Assembly (NCBI GenBank): GCA_951406725.2
Contig: OX597816.1
Location: forward strand, 105,276,001 to 105,340,000
Reading direction: 5' to 3'
DNA length: 64,000 bases
Source: Octopus vulgaris
Lineage: Eukaryota
The number at the start of each line of letters is the position of its first letter. Within the stretch, counting starts at the first letter, position 1. Both the position numbers and the translations under genes were made by a program. Of the stretch, positions 39,841 through 52,999 are shown one piece after another. The notes below the pieces were generated by a model. It was given only the letters and a program-made list of their open reading frames with translations. It was not told the DNA's origin and made no database searches.

Positions 39841-40769
39841 ACAAGAATGAATTGTTGAAAAAAATGAAAATTCAATTCCCTTAAGCTCAGTTATATTGTA
39901 TCTTTAAAATCACACCAAATTCAGATTGTTTGTTATTCTTGGTTAGCCATCATTACTGAAACATAATGCAAACTTGTACTGTAAAAATATACAACACTCA
40001 TAGTGGAACTGTTCCAATACCTATCAACTTCACTATTTTGCTACTATATCAGTTTTGGTAAATGAAATATATCGACTAACATTACTTTGAAAAAAAATTA
40101 TAAGTAGAAATAAATTTCCTTGAATCAACCACTTCACACTAAATCCACTACAAACATTCTAGGAGAGAGACACAAATACCATGCCAGATCACTCAACTAT
40201 AAAATCTGTATTTATATCTAAGGGTCAAATATTATTCTTTTACTAGATTCAGTCATTGGACTGTGGTCATGATAGACTCTGAGCAAGCCCAGTACTTGAC
40301 TGATATCTATTTTACCAACAAAAGTAAGATGAAGTGCAAAGTCAAATTGGGTTGGTTTTTGAACAAAAATGGGCAAACATAAAGTTATTTTGACACTTCT
40401 GATTACTACTACCCTCCATATACTACTTTAAAAGCTGTTTTAAAGAAAGCTCTTCAGCTATGTGAAAAATAACAGATTATAAAGGAAACAGATTTCTTTA
40501 AATATCTAGGGGATCCTTAGAAGTAGTAGATAGTTCTCATTACCAAATTAGCAGCAGAGGAGGACGTTCTGAAAGCATAGTTGCTAGAATAAGAACCAGC
40601 TAGGCAAAGTCCAGGATCCTATTAGCTTTGTTGATAACAAAAAGCCTCTCTCTGAGAGTGAAAGGCAGATAGTAATATACCTGTGTACAGACAGTTATAC
40701 TACATGGCAGTGACATATGGCTGTGAATGCATAGGACATGTGAAGGTTTGAAAGAAATGAAGCCAGCAT

Positions 40770-41780
40770 ATTCCACTGGATGTGCAATGTCCATGTGCAA
40801 GTATGACAATGTGTAAATGTTTCAAGAGAAAAATTGGATATAAGTGACATCAGATGTGGCATGGAAGAGAGAAAACTGTGTTGGTATGGTCATGTAAAGC
40901 ATACAGATGAAGACAGCTGCATAAAGAAGTGCCATTCTCTAAATGTGAAGGGAACCTGTGGAAGAGGAAGGCTCAGGAAGATGTAGGATGAAGTGGTGAG
41001 AAATGATCTTCAGTTATTAAGCACTACAGAGAAAATGACAAAGGACTGAGACAATTGGCAATTTGCTGTGTTTGAGAAGATCAATCTAGTTAACTAAATT
41101 TAAGGCCATAAGGGCATATCCTTTATGTCCATCCCCCACCCACCCACACACATAATCTGTTTCTGACAAACCTCACACCCGTATTCCATCTTCCCAACAC
41201 CTCTCTCCTCTTCCTGGGTTCATCGCTCACTCTATCCCCCTTCCCTCTATCTCCCACTCTTCCTTGCAAACCTACCTGCACACAACCTGTCCCTGTCGAA
41301 TCTTTTCTCCACAACACATCCTCCTCATACCCCCTCCCCTACCTGTGTCCACTCACATCACTGCACCCTCCATTTCCCACTAACCTTTTGCAATCTTGCA
41401 AACTTACTCACCCACTAACCCTCCCCAATCTCCAGTCCACTTCATTATATACACCTCTCTGTAACTTGGGTGAATGCTCCCCTCCACATCTTACCTATCT
41501 CCTCCCTCTCTTCCTGAGGAAGCCATGTTTCTCCCCACCCTCTGCAGGGGGGTCTGGTCTTGCAAGTTACTTGGTGACTTCACTGTTGCTGGTGCTATGT
41601 AAAAAGCACCCAGTACACTCAGCAAACTGGTTAGTGTTAGGAAGGGCAGCCAGCTACAGAAACCATGCCAAAAAAGCAGTCAGTAGAGCTTGGTGCAGTT
41701 TTCTGACTTGCCAGCTCCAGTTGAACTACTGTCCCACCCACACCAGCATGGAAAACAGATGTTAAATGAAGATGATGATG
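40770..41780 (+). mobile_element. RTE LINE 3' fragment with C-rich spacer and 3' tail
   Basis: Similar to 44800-45100 (WYGHV...GRGR.RK); tail ends CAGCATGGAAAACAGATGTTAAATGAAGATGATGATG. Confidence 0.7.
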
Positions 41781-43277
41781 TATCCCAATCCAGTTGTCTT
41801 CGTTAGTAAAATCTAACAGTGAAATACATAATGCTTAAACAATGAGCATAACACTTTCAAAAGCAAAAGCTGTAGGAAAATTATATATGAAAAAAAAAAG
41901 TAAAATACAACAAAATAACAACTAGCCAAAGCAGAAGTTAAAATATATTCTACAAGAGGAATATTTTTCTTTATTGGTATGGAGCTGAAGTGTTCATCTA
42001 CTGTACCACATTTGGTGTACAGGTACACAATGGATATTTGAGGTGAGTTGAACATGCCAGTTATTTAGAATACTAGAGTTGAATTAGTTTACAGCTTAGC
42101 TCTGTATCCATTACAGTTCAAATTGATTATGCACATTCTTGTCAGTGAATTGTTAGTAACATTTACATCAAGACAACATACTTCGTGTGTGTCAGTCACA
42201 GTTTGACCTTTGACAATAACATGAACTCAGTTTACTTGAGATCTTTTCACTAAGTAGGGGGAACCTCTTATAAATCAGATGGTTTATTTTTACACTTCCT
42301 TTGCTAGAATGATACTTAACATTTAAATTTATTGCACTGTATGTTTGTGCACAGGAGTGGTATGTCTTTAAAATGAAATGACTAATACTTCAATTTTTCT
42401 AAAAATCATTTATGCTTTCTGCATGTTGTCTTCTATCTGAAAATAGTTTCTTTTCAGCACTTTTTTGTTATATTACTATTGTACTTATACCTGTATTACA
42501 ATACATAGAGTGGACAATCTAAGTTTTAACCAACAGTATAGTGTTAATTGATATAATTAAACATTATTAAACACTGTAGTGCTTACCTAGATAGCTTTTG
42601 CTTTTCTATACATTATGGAAAAAAAGGACCACTGGAAAGGTGAAAAAAAAAAAAAAAAAAAAGGAAAGGGATAAAGATGCTATGAACAAAAAAAAAAAAG
42701 AATCAAAAATGGATTCTGTGCAGTATTTGTAGTAATAGACATAGTGTCATTAGTGTTGGTCCCAAAAGCACAATACACCAGTATAATAAAAACTATCTGT
42801 CCTCAGAAGTTAACCATGTCATATACATAATTGTGATGAGAAATAAGTAAATTTGATGATGGTCCCAAGCTATTTGAAAAAGACATCACTATTTATGCAA
42901 GAAACTGCTTAGCTTGATGATGACTGATCAAGTACACCAACTTACCATGTCCATAACTATTTTGGACAAAGTTCAAGAAGCAAGCTATGCAGCTTCTGAA
43001 ATCCTGGCAAAATAGTTCAAATTACTGAGTCAGTAATTTTACTAACATTAATAAAAAGCACCTATTCTATTTAGCCATTAAAATCAAGGTTTTCTTCACT
43101 CTGTTCTTCAATAGAAACTGTCCAATCAAGGATTCTATCATGCATGGAAGTGAGACAGTTATCTCAAAGGTATTTTGAAGGCTTATGAACTAGGAACTTT
43201 TTTTGATGTTTCAAGATAACTGGCTGAGATATGGCACAATAAAGTTGCATTCGAAGCTGACATTTTCCTAACATTAA

Positions 43278-43497
43278 CCCTTTCGTTACCAACCCGGCTG
43301 AAACCGGCCCTAGCTCTGAGTACAAATGTCATGTTTTCATAAGTTCTGAATTAAAATCTTCCACCAAATCTTAGTCACAATTTATGTTTCTAACACTAGC
43401 TTAATGATAACTAAGTTATTTTACTAAATTCTTTGTTATATTTAAAGTAATTGAAAGAAACACAGAGCATCTCAAAATAAATACAGTAATGAAAGGG
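43278..43497. mobile_element. piggyBac-type MITE
   Basis: TTAA|CCCTTTCGTTAC ... GTAATGAAAGGG|TTAA: TTAA TSD with CCC/GGG termini. Confidence 0.8.
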
Positions 43498-43649
43498 TTA
43501 ATACACTTAACAAAAATATGCAAGGAGTCACTGAAAATATTTTTGCTTGTACTGACAAAATTAACTCTTTTACAGAAATGCTTTGAATTGTCTGGACAAA
43601 AAACTTGAATTGATTCAGCAAAATTTTGTCACTGCTTAATATAAATAAT

Positions 43650-44090
43650 GGTGTGGCACAAGGACAACAATTTCAGGGCATAAAGTAAGTCAATTACATC
43701 AACCCCACTACTCAAATGGTACATATTTTATCAAACCTGAAAGGATGAAAGGCAAAACTGACCTTGGTGGAATTTGAACTCAGAATATAGACAGACAAAA
43801 TGCCACTGAGTATTTTGCCATGTGTGCTAACAATTCTACCAGCTTGCCATCCTACTGCTGAATGAAAATATTGATTTCAGATTTTAGCACAAGACCAGCA
43901 ATTTTGAGGGGGGGTTTAAGTCAATTACATTGACCCTAGTACTCAATTAGTACTTAGGTTATTGAGGACAAAAGGATGCAAAGCAAAGTCAACTTCAGCA
44001 GAATTTGGACTCAGAATACAAAGACAGATAAAATGTTACTAAGCATTTCACCTGGCCTGCTAACAATTCTGCCAGCTCACCAACTTCAAC
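43650..44090 (-). mobile_element. Tandem pair of SINE family 2 copies
   Basis: Two consecutive AGGATG.AAA.GCAAA...GAATTTG.ACTCAGAAT...CTAACAATTCT.CCAGCT units. Confidence 0.7.
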
Positions 44091-44109
44091 ATGAATATAA
44101 ATATTGAAA

Positions 44110-45716
44110 TGGCTCAATCCTCAGCCCTCTCTTGTTCATCATAGTCCTCCAGGTAATAACAGAGGAATTTAAGACAGGCTGTCCTTGGGAGCTCCTCTAT
44201 GCTAATGACCTTACTCTTAGGACCAAGTCATTACCAGAACTAGAGAAGAAATTTTGGGTGTGGAGGCAAGGTCTAAAATCAAAAGGCCTTAGAGTTAATC
44301 TAGCAAAAACCAAAGCCTTAGAAATTAAGAAAGCAGACAAATCACAAATCCCTTCAGGTAGATGGCCCTGCTCAATCTGAAGAAAACACATAGGTAGAAA
44401 CACCATAAGATATACCTGGTGTAAGCAATGGACACAAGAGGTGCAGTAATATCAGAAGGTCAACAGGGAAACTAGTTTTTGTGTGTGGAAGGTGCACAGA
44501 TACAATTAACATTAAAAACATACAGAAAATAGACTCCATCAAATGCCAGGTGGGGAAACTGGAAGGAGTTGATAGCTGCTGTTATCTAGGTGACCAAGTC
44601 AGTAGCAGAGGCAGATGCTTTGAGAGCGTAGTTGCTAGAATAAAAATAGGTTGGACAAAGTTCAGAGAGCTCCTATCTCTGTTGGTAACAAAGGGCCCCT
44701 CCCTCAGATTGAAATGCAAATTGTATGATGCTACATGGCAGTGAAACATGGCAATGACTGTCAAGTACATGCGCAGGCTTGAAAGAAATAAAGCTAGTAT
44801 GCTTCATTGAATGTGCAATGTACAACAGAGTGTGTCTTGAGAGAAAAGTTGGGCATAAGAGGCATCAGATGTGGTGTGTAAGAGAGACAACTGCATTGGT
44901 ATGGTCACGTGATGTGTATGGATATGGACAGCTGTGTGAAGAAGTGTCGATCTCTAACAGTGGAGGGAAGCTGTGACAGAGGGAGACCCAGGAAGAAATG
45001 GGATGAGGTGGTGAAGCATGATCTTCAAACATTGGGCTTCACAGAGGCAATGACTAGTGACAGAGACCTTTGGCAATATGCCATGCTAGAGAATACCCAT
45101 CAAGCCAAGTCATAGCTATGGCTGTTGTTGATGCCATGTAACTGGCACCTGTACTGGTGGCACATAAGCACCTTTTGTGCTGGGATATAAAAAGCACCTT
45201 TCGTGCTTGAGAAGACCTGTCAAGCCAAGTGAAACCATAGTTGTGGCTGTTGTCAGTGCCACATAACTGGCACCCATGCCAGTGTCATGTAAAAAGCACC
45301 ATTAGAGTGTTGGACCTCACAAAGGCAATGTGGTCAATACCAGCATCACATAACTAGCATCCATGCCGTTGGCACATATAAAGTGCCTTTCAAGAACTGG
45401 ACCTCATGGAGGCAATGACAAATGACCAAGAACTTTAGCAATATGCTGTGCTTGAGAAGAAGACCCATCAAGCCAAGTGAAATCGTAGTTGTGGCAGATA
45501 CCAGTGTTGTGCAACAGGTACCCATTGCTAGTGGCACATAAAAGCACCCATTACACTCTCAGAGTGGTTGGCATTAGGAAGAGCATCCATCTGTAGAAAC
45601 CATGCCAAATCAGACTGGAGTCTGGCACAGCCTTCCAGCTTGCCAGCCCTGGTTGAACTGTTGAACCTATGTCAGCATGGACAATGGACATTAAATTATA
45701 ATGACAATGATGATTG
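44110..45716 (+). mobile_element. 5'-truncated RTE-clade LINE (RT C-terminal half plus repetitive 3' UTR)
   Basis: GSILSPLLFIIVLQ, LLYANDL (YADD variant), GLRVNLAKTK, YLGDQV and RGRPRKKW motifs with stops and frameshifts; ATG-microsatellite-like tail; possible TSD ATTGAAA. Confidence 0.85.
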
Positions 45717-45719
45717 AAA

Positions 45720-46340
45720 AGTATTTTTATCACTTGATGCATCTTCCTTGGAGTGGTTGAGAGATGTAATTGTCTTAAACTATGAGTCAACAAAAATTTA
45801 CTGTTTCAGAAGAAGATGAGCTGACAGAAATTAAAAATGACAAAGGACTCATTGACATAGCCTCCTGATTGTTTTCCAGGGAGGAATGTCCCATCATCAT
45901 AAAGAAAACACTTAAAGCACTCCTTCCTTCCTCAGTTTCAGATCTTTGTAAAACAATTTTCCCTATATTGAATATTATTAAGAACAAGTACAGGTCACAG
46001 TTTCAAACACTGGGAGAGGAACTAAGAATAGGCTTGTCAATCATACAACCTCAGAAAAGATGTATCATAAGACATTAAAAGTTATCATACATTCAGTCTA
46101 GAAATGCCCAGTATCTACACCAATATTACAATAAAATCTTTTCACTTTCACTACTTCATCTTTAGTTTATGTGTACAATTAGAAGTAAAATCAAACTTTA
46201 TACTAGAGAACTGCAATTTTTAATGCAGTACACTGCTGTGCATTCCTTTACAAAAAAGTTTAGTATGTGCACCCATCTATTTTAAAACAATTTAACACTC
46301 TTTTTATACAATCAAACCAGTGCACTGGTTGAAAATTACT
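45720..46340 (+). mobile_element. hAT (Buster/Charlie-like) transposase 3' remnant
   Basis: KTLKALLPSSVSDLCKTIFPILNIIKNKYRSQFQTLGEELRIGLSIIQP resembles the hAT dimerisation-domain consensus (LLPF.TTYLCE..FS....IK.KYRNRL..E..LR..LS.I.P). Confidence 0.65.
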
Positions 46341-49024
46341 AATCTGGAAAAAGGGTTTGTGCTGATGTCTTGTGTGGGCTCTTTAATATTGAAACAATGA
46401 TTATGATGTCTGGTATGCTAAATCAGGAACTTTTGAGATGAAGGTATTATTGTTTTAACCAGGTCAGCTTTAACTGTGACCAGAGTATGGTGAAAGGCAT
46501 TCCACCCATGAACATCTCATTTTTTCTTCACTCAGTGTATCTAAGATGTTATCCATCTACTTCCTTTTGTTAAAGATAGGATGTCAACTGAAGGATATTT
46601 GGCTGCTATTTCTTGAAGCTCCTTTCTTGGTTAGTATGTAGTGTATGTTGTTGCACAAACATTTAACCAACTTTGCCCTAAGCCCATCACTAAGTTGCTT
46701 ACTAATTATAGTGACTGTTCTTATTTACTCTAGAAATAAGTTTGACAGCTTACAGTATTAATTAACATAGTGTGTTGTTTAAGAGAAAACTGTAAATGAC
46801 TGGAGCTAGCACAGACAAAAAGTAAAAATAAAAATCACTTGAAAACAAGACCAGAAGTTCAATGGATTCACTCTTTGCTCTTAAGCTAGAAGCCACCATT
46901 AGCAGCTCATTTGCTCTGTCACACATCCTTAATGCTAAAGATAAGAGTTATTGCATCCATAGCTGAATAAAATTAGGTACTGAAATACCTTTTTCTTTTT
47001 TTTTTTTTTTTTGTCAGTTGATTACGTTTTACAGCCTGTGGCTTTTAGGAGATGCTGGATCTCTGTCAAAGAAGTTTTTTTACTTTTGCTAGCATCTGCC
47101 TCAGCTGTTCTGGTGCTTCAACCTTGCAATCACCTGTGGTAAAGTGGTGGATGTTTTAGGGATGACTCAAAAGATTTTCGTGGGAAACATCAGTCTCTTC
47201 TGGAGCAATGTACAATTACTGGGAGTGTGTATACCTGTTTTGATTATTAACTAATTTTCTTTCTTTGCCCCCCTCCCTCACCATTTTCTTACTGTTTACT
47301 TTAGTAAAATAAGTACTTTTGATGACGTACACAAGTTATTGGGAGTAACTTCAGACAAGAGCTTATTCTGTCATAATCTTAATTGACCTATCAGTTTATT
47401 AAGGCACAGAATAACACTTGTAACACAGAAAGGATAGTTATGTTCTTCGATTATAATATAATGTTCATGCTTTTTCAAAAACATTAGCAGTAGAAGTAAT
47501 GTGATCCGAAGCCATTCGCAACTAGGATAACTTATGGGAATATGACTTTTTGTGTGTGTCTTTCGTCTAACACGCAATTTAACTTCTCCGTCATGAGCCA
47601 AAGAGGTAACCTCCACATTAGTCATGGGCAAAATACGACTCGCAGAATTTCCCAAATGGCACAACTAACGAAAAAAATCACCCTTAATCTTTTTAGTAAT
47701 GCGGCCCACTTCTCAAAAAAGGTTGTCCATCCTTGTTCCTACGTGATCGCCCGACATGCTAGAAATAGCAGCCAAATCTCCCTGATATTACAACCTACTG
47801 TTTAAAAATAGAACATGTTAGACAACGTAGTCTGCTGTCCATACAAAAAAGGCAGGATGATCATAGCTAGATTTGTCTTCGAATATAGGTCTACTGGATC
47901 AGGACTGATCCACAATCGAACAACAAAACCTCAGTAGGTGAGGTTGTATTGAATCGTAGTTAAAAGATTCCTGTTTTAGTAACACGCTGCTTTCAACAAG
48001 TCTTTGGTGCGTTATTTGTTATGCTTTTAAGCATGCGTGAATATCTTTTCATGTTTGTTTACTGTGTTCCTTAACTATATCAGTTCTGTATGTTGTTTTA
48101 AATATTATTATTAATATTTTCAGTAGTATGAATTAAAGTGACCTGGGATGACTGTGAAATCAATAGCTTACCACAAACTTATAAAGTGGTTAAGGGACTG
48201 TGACATCAGCGGGACGTATAAGTGAAACGGTTTCGAGTGAGATTCGAAACCGATTGGCTGATTGCCACGAGAAGCTTACTTCCCTCATTCAATGCATTTG
48301 GCATTTTATTATTAACAAAACTTGAAAAGCAAATTAGAAAATGTACAATAACATTTCAAGTATTTTAATCGATTTCGATATCACTTTCATAGAAACTTAA
48401 AAGCATAAATATTGAAGTTTTTTTAATCTTTTTTTTTTTTAGATAAATTATCTAAGTTGCTTCCTGATTGTCGCATGTTAAATATGACGGATGGTAATTA
48501 ACTCGAATAATAAACCAATTAACTTAACAACGGTAATTTTAACAAGTCATCGGTCGGAGAATGTATTGCAAACAATAAAAATATCTAATAATAACGAAGG
48601 CAAGTTAATTAGCTAGATTAATTTCAATTCAAACAATCTGTTTCTTTAAAAAACAGAAACAAAGGAAATTTTAAACTATCAAACTACAATCTGTGTAAAG
48701 AAAATGAATAGTCAGTTACTATAGACATATAACAATTTAAAATAATTGGAACGTTGGGATGTCGATGCCTCTCCCTCGTTTCATTGGAAACTATTTTACA
48801 GTAATTTGTTTTCTTAACAAAAACCTGAAATGTTTAGTGATGGAGCAACTATTAAAATTATGCGCTAGTACACGCCTTTTTTTTTTTTTTCTTTTCTACA
48901 TGACAGTTTCTATAACACGGGACAGCTAAAAAGCTATATAAAATCCATTTATAAAAATTAATATTTGAAATATACGAAGATTACACTACAAACATAAAAT
49001 AAATATTCAGATAAAGATACTTAC

Positions 49025-49047
49025 GCTTTGCTTTTTTTAGAACTCAT
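49025..49047 (-). CDS. RAB20: Rab20-like small GTPase, coding exon 1 (MSSKKSKA)
   Basis: ATG at 49047 (minus strand), GC|GTAAGT donor; phase 2 matches the next exon; promoter-like motifs lie about 230-270 nt upstream. Confidence 0.7.
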
Positions 49048-49273
49048 TAAGAGTTTGGTGTGGACATGCAGTTGCTATGCTGGACAAATGGTCACAGTAA
49101 AAAGAGGCTTCAGCGCTGGCTGAAATTGAAGTAGTCGCCAAACAAGGCTTAAACATGAAAACTGTTTGTGTACATTTAACAATTAAAAGTCATTCTGTCT
49201 CCTTGATATTTACATGAGCTAAGTAATCCTGATCAACTGAACATATATATATCCATAACACTCCAGACATTAC

Positions 49274-49317
49274 CCGGAAGCACTCCAGTCACGTGGTCGC
49301 TCTTAGTCATTACGTCA
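49274..49317 (-). promoter_or_regulatory. Putative proximal promoter of the Rab20-like gene (ETS, E-box/CLEAR-like and CRE motifs)
   Basis: CCGGAAG (49274-80), GTCACGTGG (49288-96) and TTACGTCA (49310-17) cluster in a locally CpG-rich patch just upstream of the first coding exon. Confidence 0.5.
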
Positions 49318-50159
49318 CTGTGTTGACTTCGTCAAACTTCTGTTGTTTTGATTCCTATCTTTTTATTAAAAAATCATAATCGCTAAATATACTATGAAAA
49401 TCAGTTACGAAATAATCATTTTGACGGCGAAAGTAAAGAATACGCACACGACCTATTTTCGGCGTTTAGGATTAGGGTCACGCCGAAACAGGGTAGTGTG
49501 CGTATTCTTTACCTCCACCCATTTTGACTTACTGTTTCAAAATATTATCCTATTTATGATAATTGGAGACAGGATTTATAAGATAGAGAACAGTGATGGG
49601 AAGGGTGGGTGTTACTCAGAAAGACGTTCCCTTCTTTTCAGCTCACAAAAGACTGGAGGCTTATAGCATCTTGTTCCACCTTCCCATTGCACCTTAATTC
49701 TTAGTAGCCTTTTGCATCATTTATAGATAGAACAAAACAGATATACTATACTTTAATATTATCTAAACTTTGATATTATCTAACCTTTAACGTTGGGGTA
49801 CAAAGAGAGACAATTCAATAAAACGTTAGGGGTTAATTTCTTACTTAAAGACGTTATCTGTAGGGGGTGGAAACAGATAAGCAGGCAGCGTTTGTTTACG
49901 TGTTGTTGTTGAGACGGTTGACTTTTATTTTGAAATGCTTATTTAACACGCCTACCTGTTTACTCAATTGTATATCTATTTAATGAGTCTTTCATCATTA
50001 CTTCTGCAAGAAATATTTAATATTGTTCAATCACAAGTCATCCCTGACTCTACAGAGATCAATTATTAAAGGCATTCCATCTTTAACCATTTTGTTTTGC
50101 TTTCATACCTAATGAATCTATTATCCAGTATGTCCTTTACATTGGACTATAAGTTATGA

Positions 50160-50640
50160 TTTCAGAAAGATTTCACTGTGTTATCTCTAGTAGGTCGAAC
50201 CAACGTAGAGGTTTTCCCATTGTCCAGATGTGGGTCAGTGATGAGGTCTTTCACTGAGCGTACAAAGGGTGCAGGCATCCCACAGTACAAAAGATTTAGC
50301 AACTGTTGGTGAGGCACCACATGGGCAGAAAAATATGCATCCAAGTGAGCAAACCAAAGCGTGACATCACCAGAGTATGAGGGTAAGTTGGGAAGACTCA
50401 TTTTGTATAGAGAAGAGAAAAAAGGACCAAAGAACTGACAAAAGTGTTGCTGGAATAGTAATGTGTGTGCAAAAAAAATATTCTTAGCAAAATTTTATTA
50501 TTTTTTTGTATACTGTATGCGGCAATGAAAAAAATTTCTTTTTTAGTCGCTAAACCTGTGTTGCAGTCTGCTGAAAAAAAATTTCAAAAACCATTTCAAC
50601 TTTTTGTTTCAGGCATATTGTACTGTGGACACCACTATTC
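50160..50640 (-). mobile_element. Gypsy-like LTR retrotransposon remnant (PBS plus gag N-terminus)
   Basis: MSLPNLPSYSGDVTLWFAHLDAYF resembles the LP.F..D..LWF.Q.E..F gag start; PBS-like TGGTG on the minus strand near 50630. Confidence 0.5.
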
Positions 50641-52999
50641 TATGTGTTTTTTTTAAGGTGATAGGAAGGAAATAATCTTGTACATTGAGCAACCATCAGC
50701 TCCCTTATTGGCTTAGTATCTGCTTCCTTTCCTCAAGAGTTAGTTTTATAAACCACATGTGTTATTTATCAAGCTCTACTTTATAGTACTTTCACTTCAC
50801 AGTTCATCTTCCCAGATTTCCTACCTTTGAGCTGTCATAGCTGTCATAGGTTAAGAAATTTGCTTTACAATCATGAGGTCCAATTTCATCCAACAACTGA
50901 ACAGCATGGCACCTTGGGTAAATGTCTTCTCTTGGCTATGAGGGTGCATGGCCTAGGAGTTAAGATTTGATTCCCAGACCAGATGATGCATTGTATTCTT
51001 CAGCAAAACACCTTATCTCACGTTGCTTTGCAATCACTTCAACATGTAGCACACTATATACCTGTACAGGCAATGTCAGTTTGATGGAGCGAGTGAGCTT
51101 ATATAAGCACAAACATTTGATCACTGTAAACAAATCATTTTGTGCATGTTGTTCAGCAAGAAACTGTAGAACCATCTTTCTTAGACTCAGAGACAACCCA
51201 TGAAGGATTATCTCAAGATTTGTGAGTTAAGTTGCATAGACAGAAGCTGTATGAAAGCCTGAATGGTTTGTATCTGTAATCTAAAGACCTAACTTTATCA
51301 TACAGTGTATCCTATTTATTTCATTTGAGAATTATATAAAGGTATGTGTGGAATATTCAACCACTTACATAATCCAATGAACAGGCTGTTCAGTTGATCA
51401 AACAATTGTATATTCATCATAAAAACAGACATGTCTTTTATTTATTTACTTATTTATTACCTAATGTAAAGCCATGAAAATGGTTTGAACTTATGACTTC
51501 TTAATCATTAAAACAACATATTATCACCCCAACACCCTTAAAAACTAGTATGAAACAATCCTTTCAACTCTAGACACAAGGCCTGAAATCAACCCTGGTA
51601 CTTACTTTATTGGCCCCAAAAAAGTGAAAGGCGAACTCAACCTTGGCAAAATTTGAACTCAGAAAGTAAAGCAAGAATAAATAGTGCTAACCATTTTGTG
51701 GTGCACTAATGATTCTGCCAGCTCACTGCCTTAAGCTTGTATGAAATAATGATATCTAAAATTTGCAAATAGCTGCAAATTTAGTTAGGTAATTCTAACC
51801 ATTTCAAGTAATTCTAGTACAAGACAGGCACTTAATTTAAAATTCCAGAAGGATGGAAAGTTTAGTTAACTCTTGGATTTAAACTTAGAAAATATAAAGT
51901 CATAACTAAACATCTAAGATATTTAGTTAAGTACTCTTCCAATTTTGGCTACCTACCACTCATTGCATACAAATAACTTCCCATTAAAGATTGTGTCCTT
52001 ACATCCACAGCAGTATTTTAAACAAGTGCACAGCAATCAGTAAAAATTGAATTAAAGATAAAAATTTTATAAAGCCAGAGCTTTCATCATAATTAAATAT
52101 GTTATCTGAATTGAATATGAAATCGTTATCATGTTGGGAAATAATTTCTGTTAGCTACTCATTATACAGTTCATTAATCATAATCTTATAATTTAAATTT
52201 GTTTATCCCCTTTCCGTGTTGTGATGGATCTATTTTAATCTGTGCATCAGTAAGTAATTATTTACATTAGAACAAAATATCTGATAAGAATAATATTCAC
52301 CTGCCCCTACTCCCACCTGTATATGTGAGTTTTAATAGGATGCATGACTACAAGTGTTTGTGTTACTATAATACATTAACTTAATACACATCAGCTTTCT
52401 TCTATTAAATATACTGAAGTACATTAACTGAACACATAAAATTCTTCTATTAAGCATGACTGCAGAAGAAGCCTCTAGACAATAGCTCAATCAGCTAAAA
52501 GCAGCAAATTCAATTGTAATAAAAAATAGGACATTGAATAATATAGACCTAGACATGCAAAAAGATGGAAATGACTATATAAAGATATAAGATATTTATT
52601 AGTAAGAAATTATTAAAGAAGTTTCTTAACTCTCTGGGTCATGAAGGTACCTCATAAAATCTTCACACAGTGAAATCAGGGTAAGATGGTTTCATATAAC
52701 CAATCCTTAAACAATACTTATAAAATGCTTTGAACCTAGCACTGAAAGACTTATTAACCATACATAGTCTCAGGGTCTGTTTACAGCAGTGAACTATACT
52801 CAAATACTCCAACAGTTCCTATTTGGAGTTAGATGTACTGTACTATTTTAAGTTAAATAATTTTGCCATTGACACAGGATATTCATTAACTATCAACTTT
52901 TCAATACAATTCATTATTTGATCATCTGCAGAAAATAAATAAATATAAAAAATATTTTAAAAATTGGCAGACTTAATCCAAATTCAACAATGTCAGCTG

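Noticed and set aside
42946-43003. Possible cassette exon in Rab20 intron 1 (TTTTGCCAG ... ATG|GTAAGT on -)
   Set aside because: About 58 nt and frame-breaking; such signals arise by chance and cannot be supported without RNA data.
49013-49024. GTATCTTT just after the Rab20 exon 1 donor as a possible U12 splice site
   Set aside because: Imperfect match to GTATCCTT; using it would add an in-frame TAA, while the GTAAGT donor gives the correct phase.
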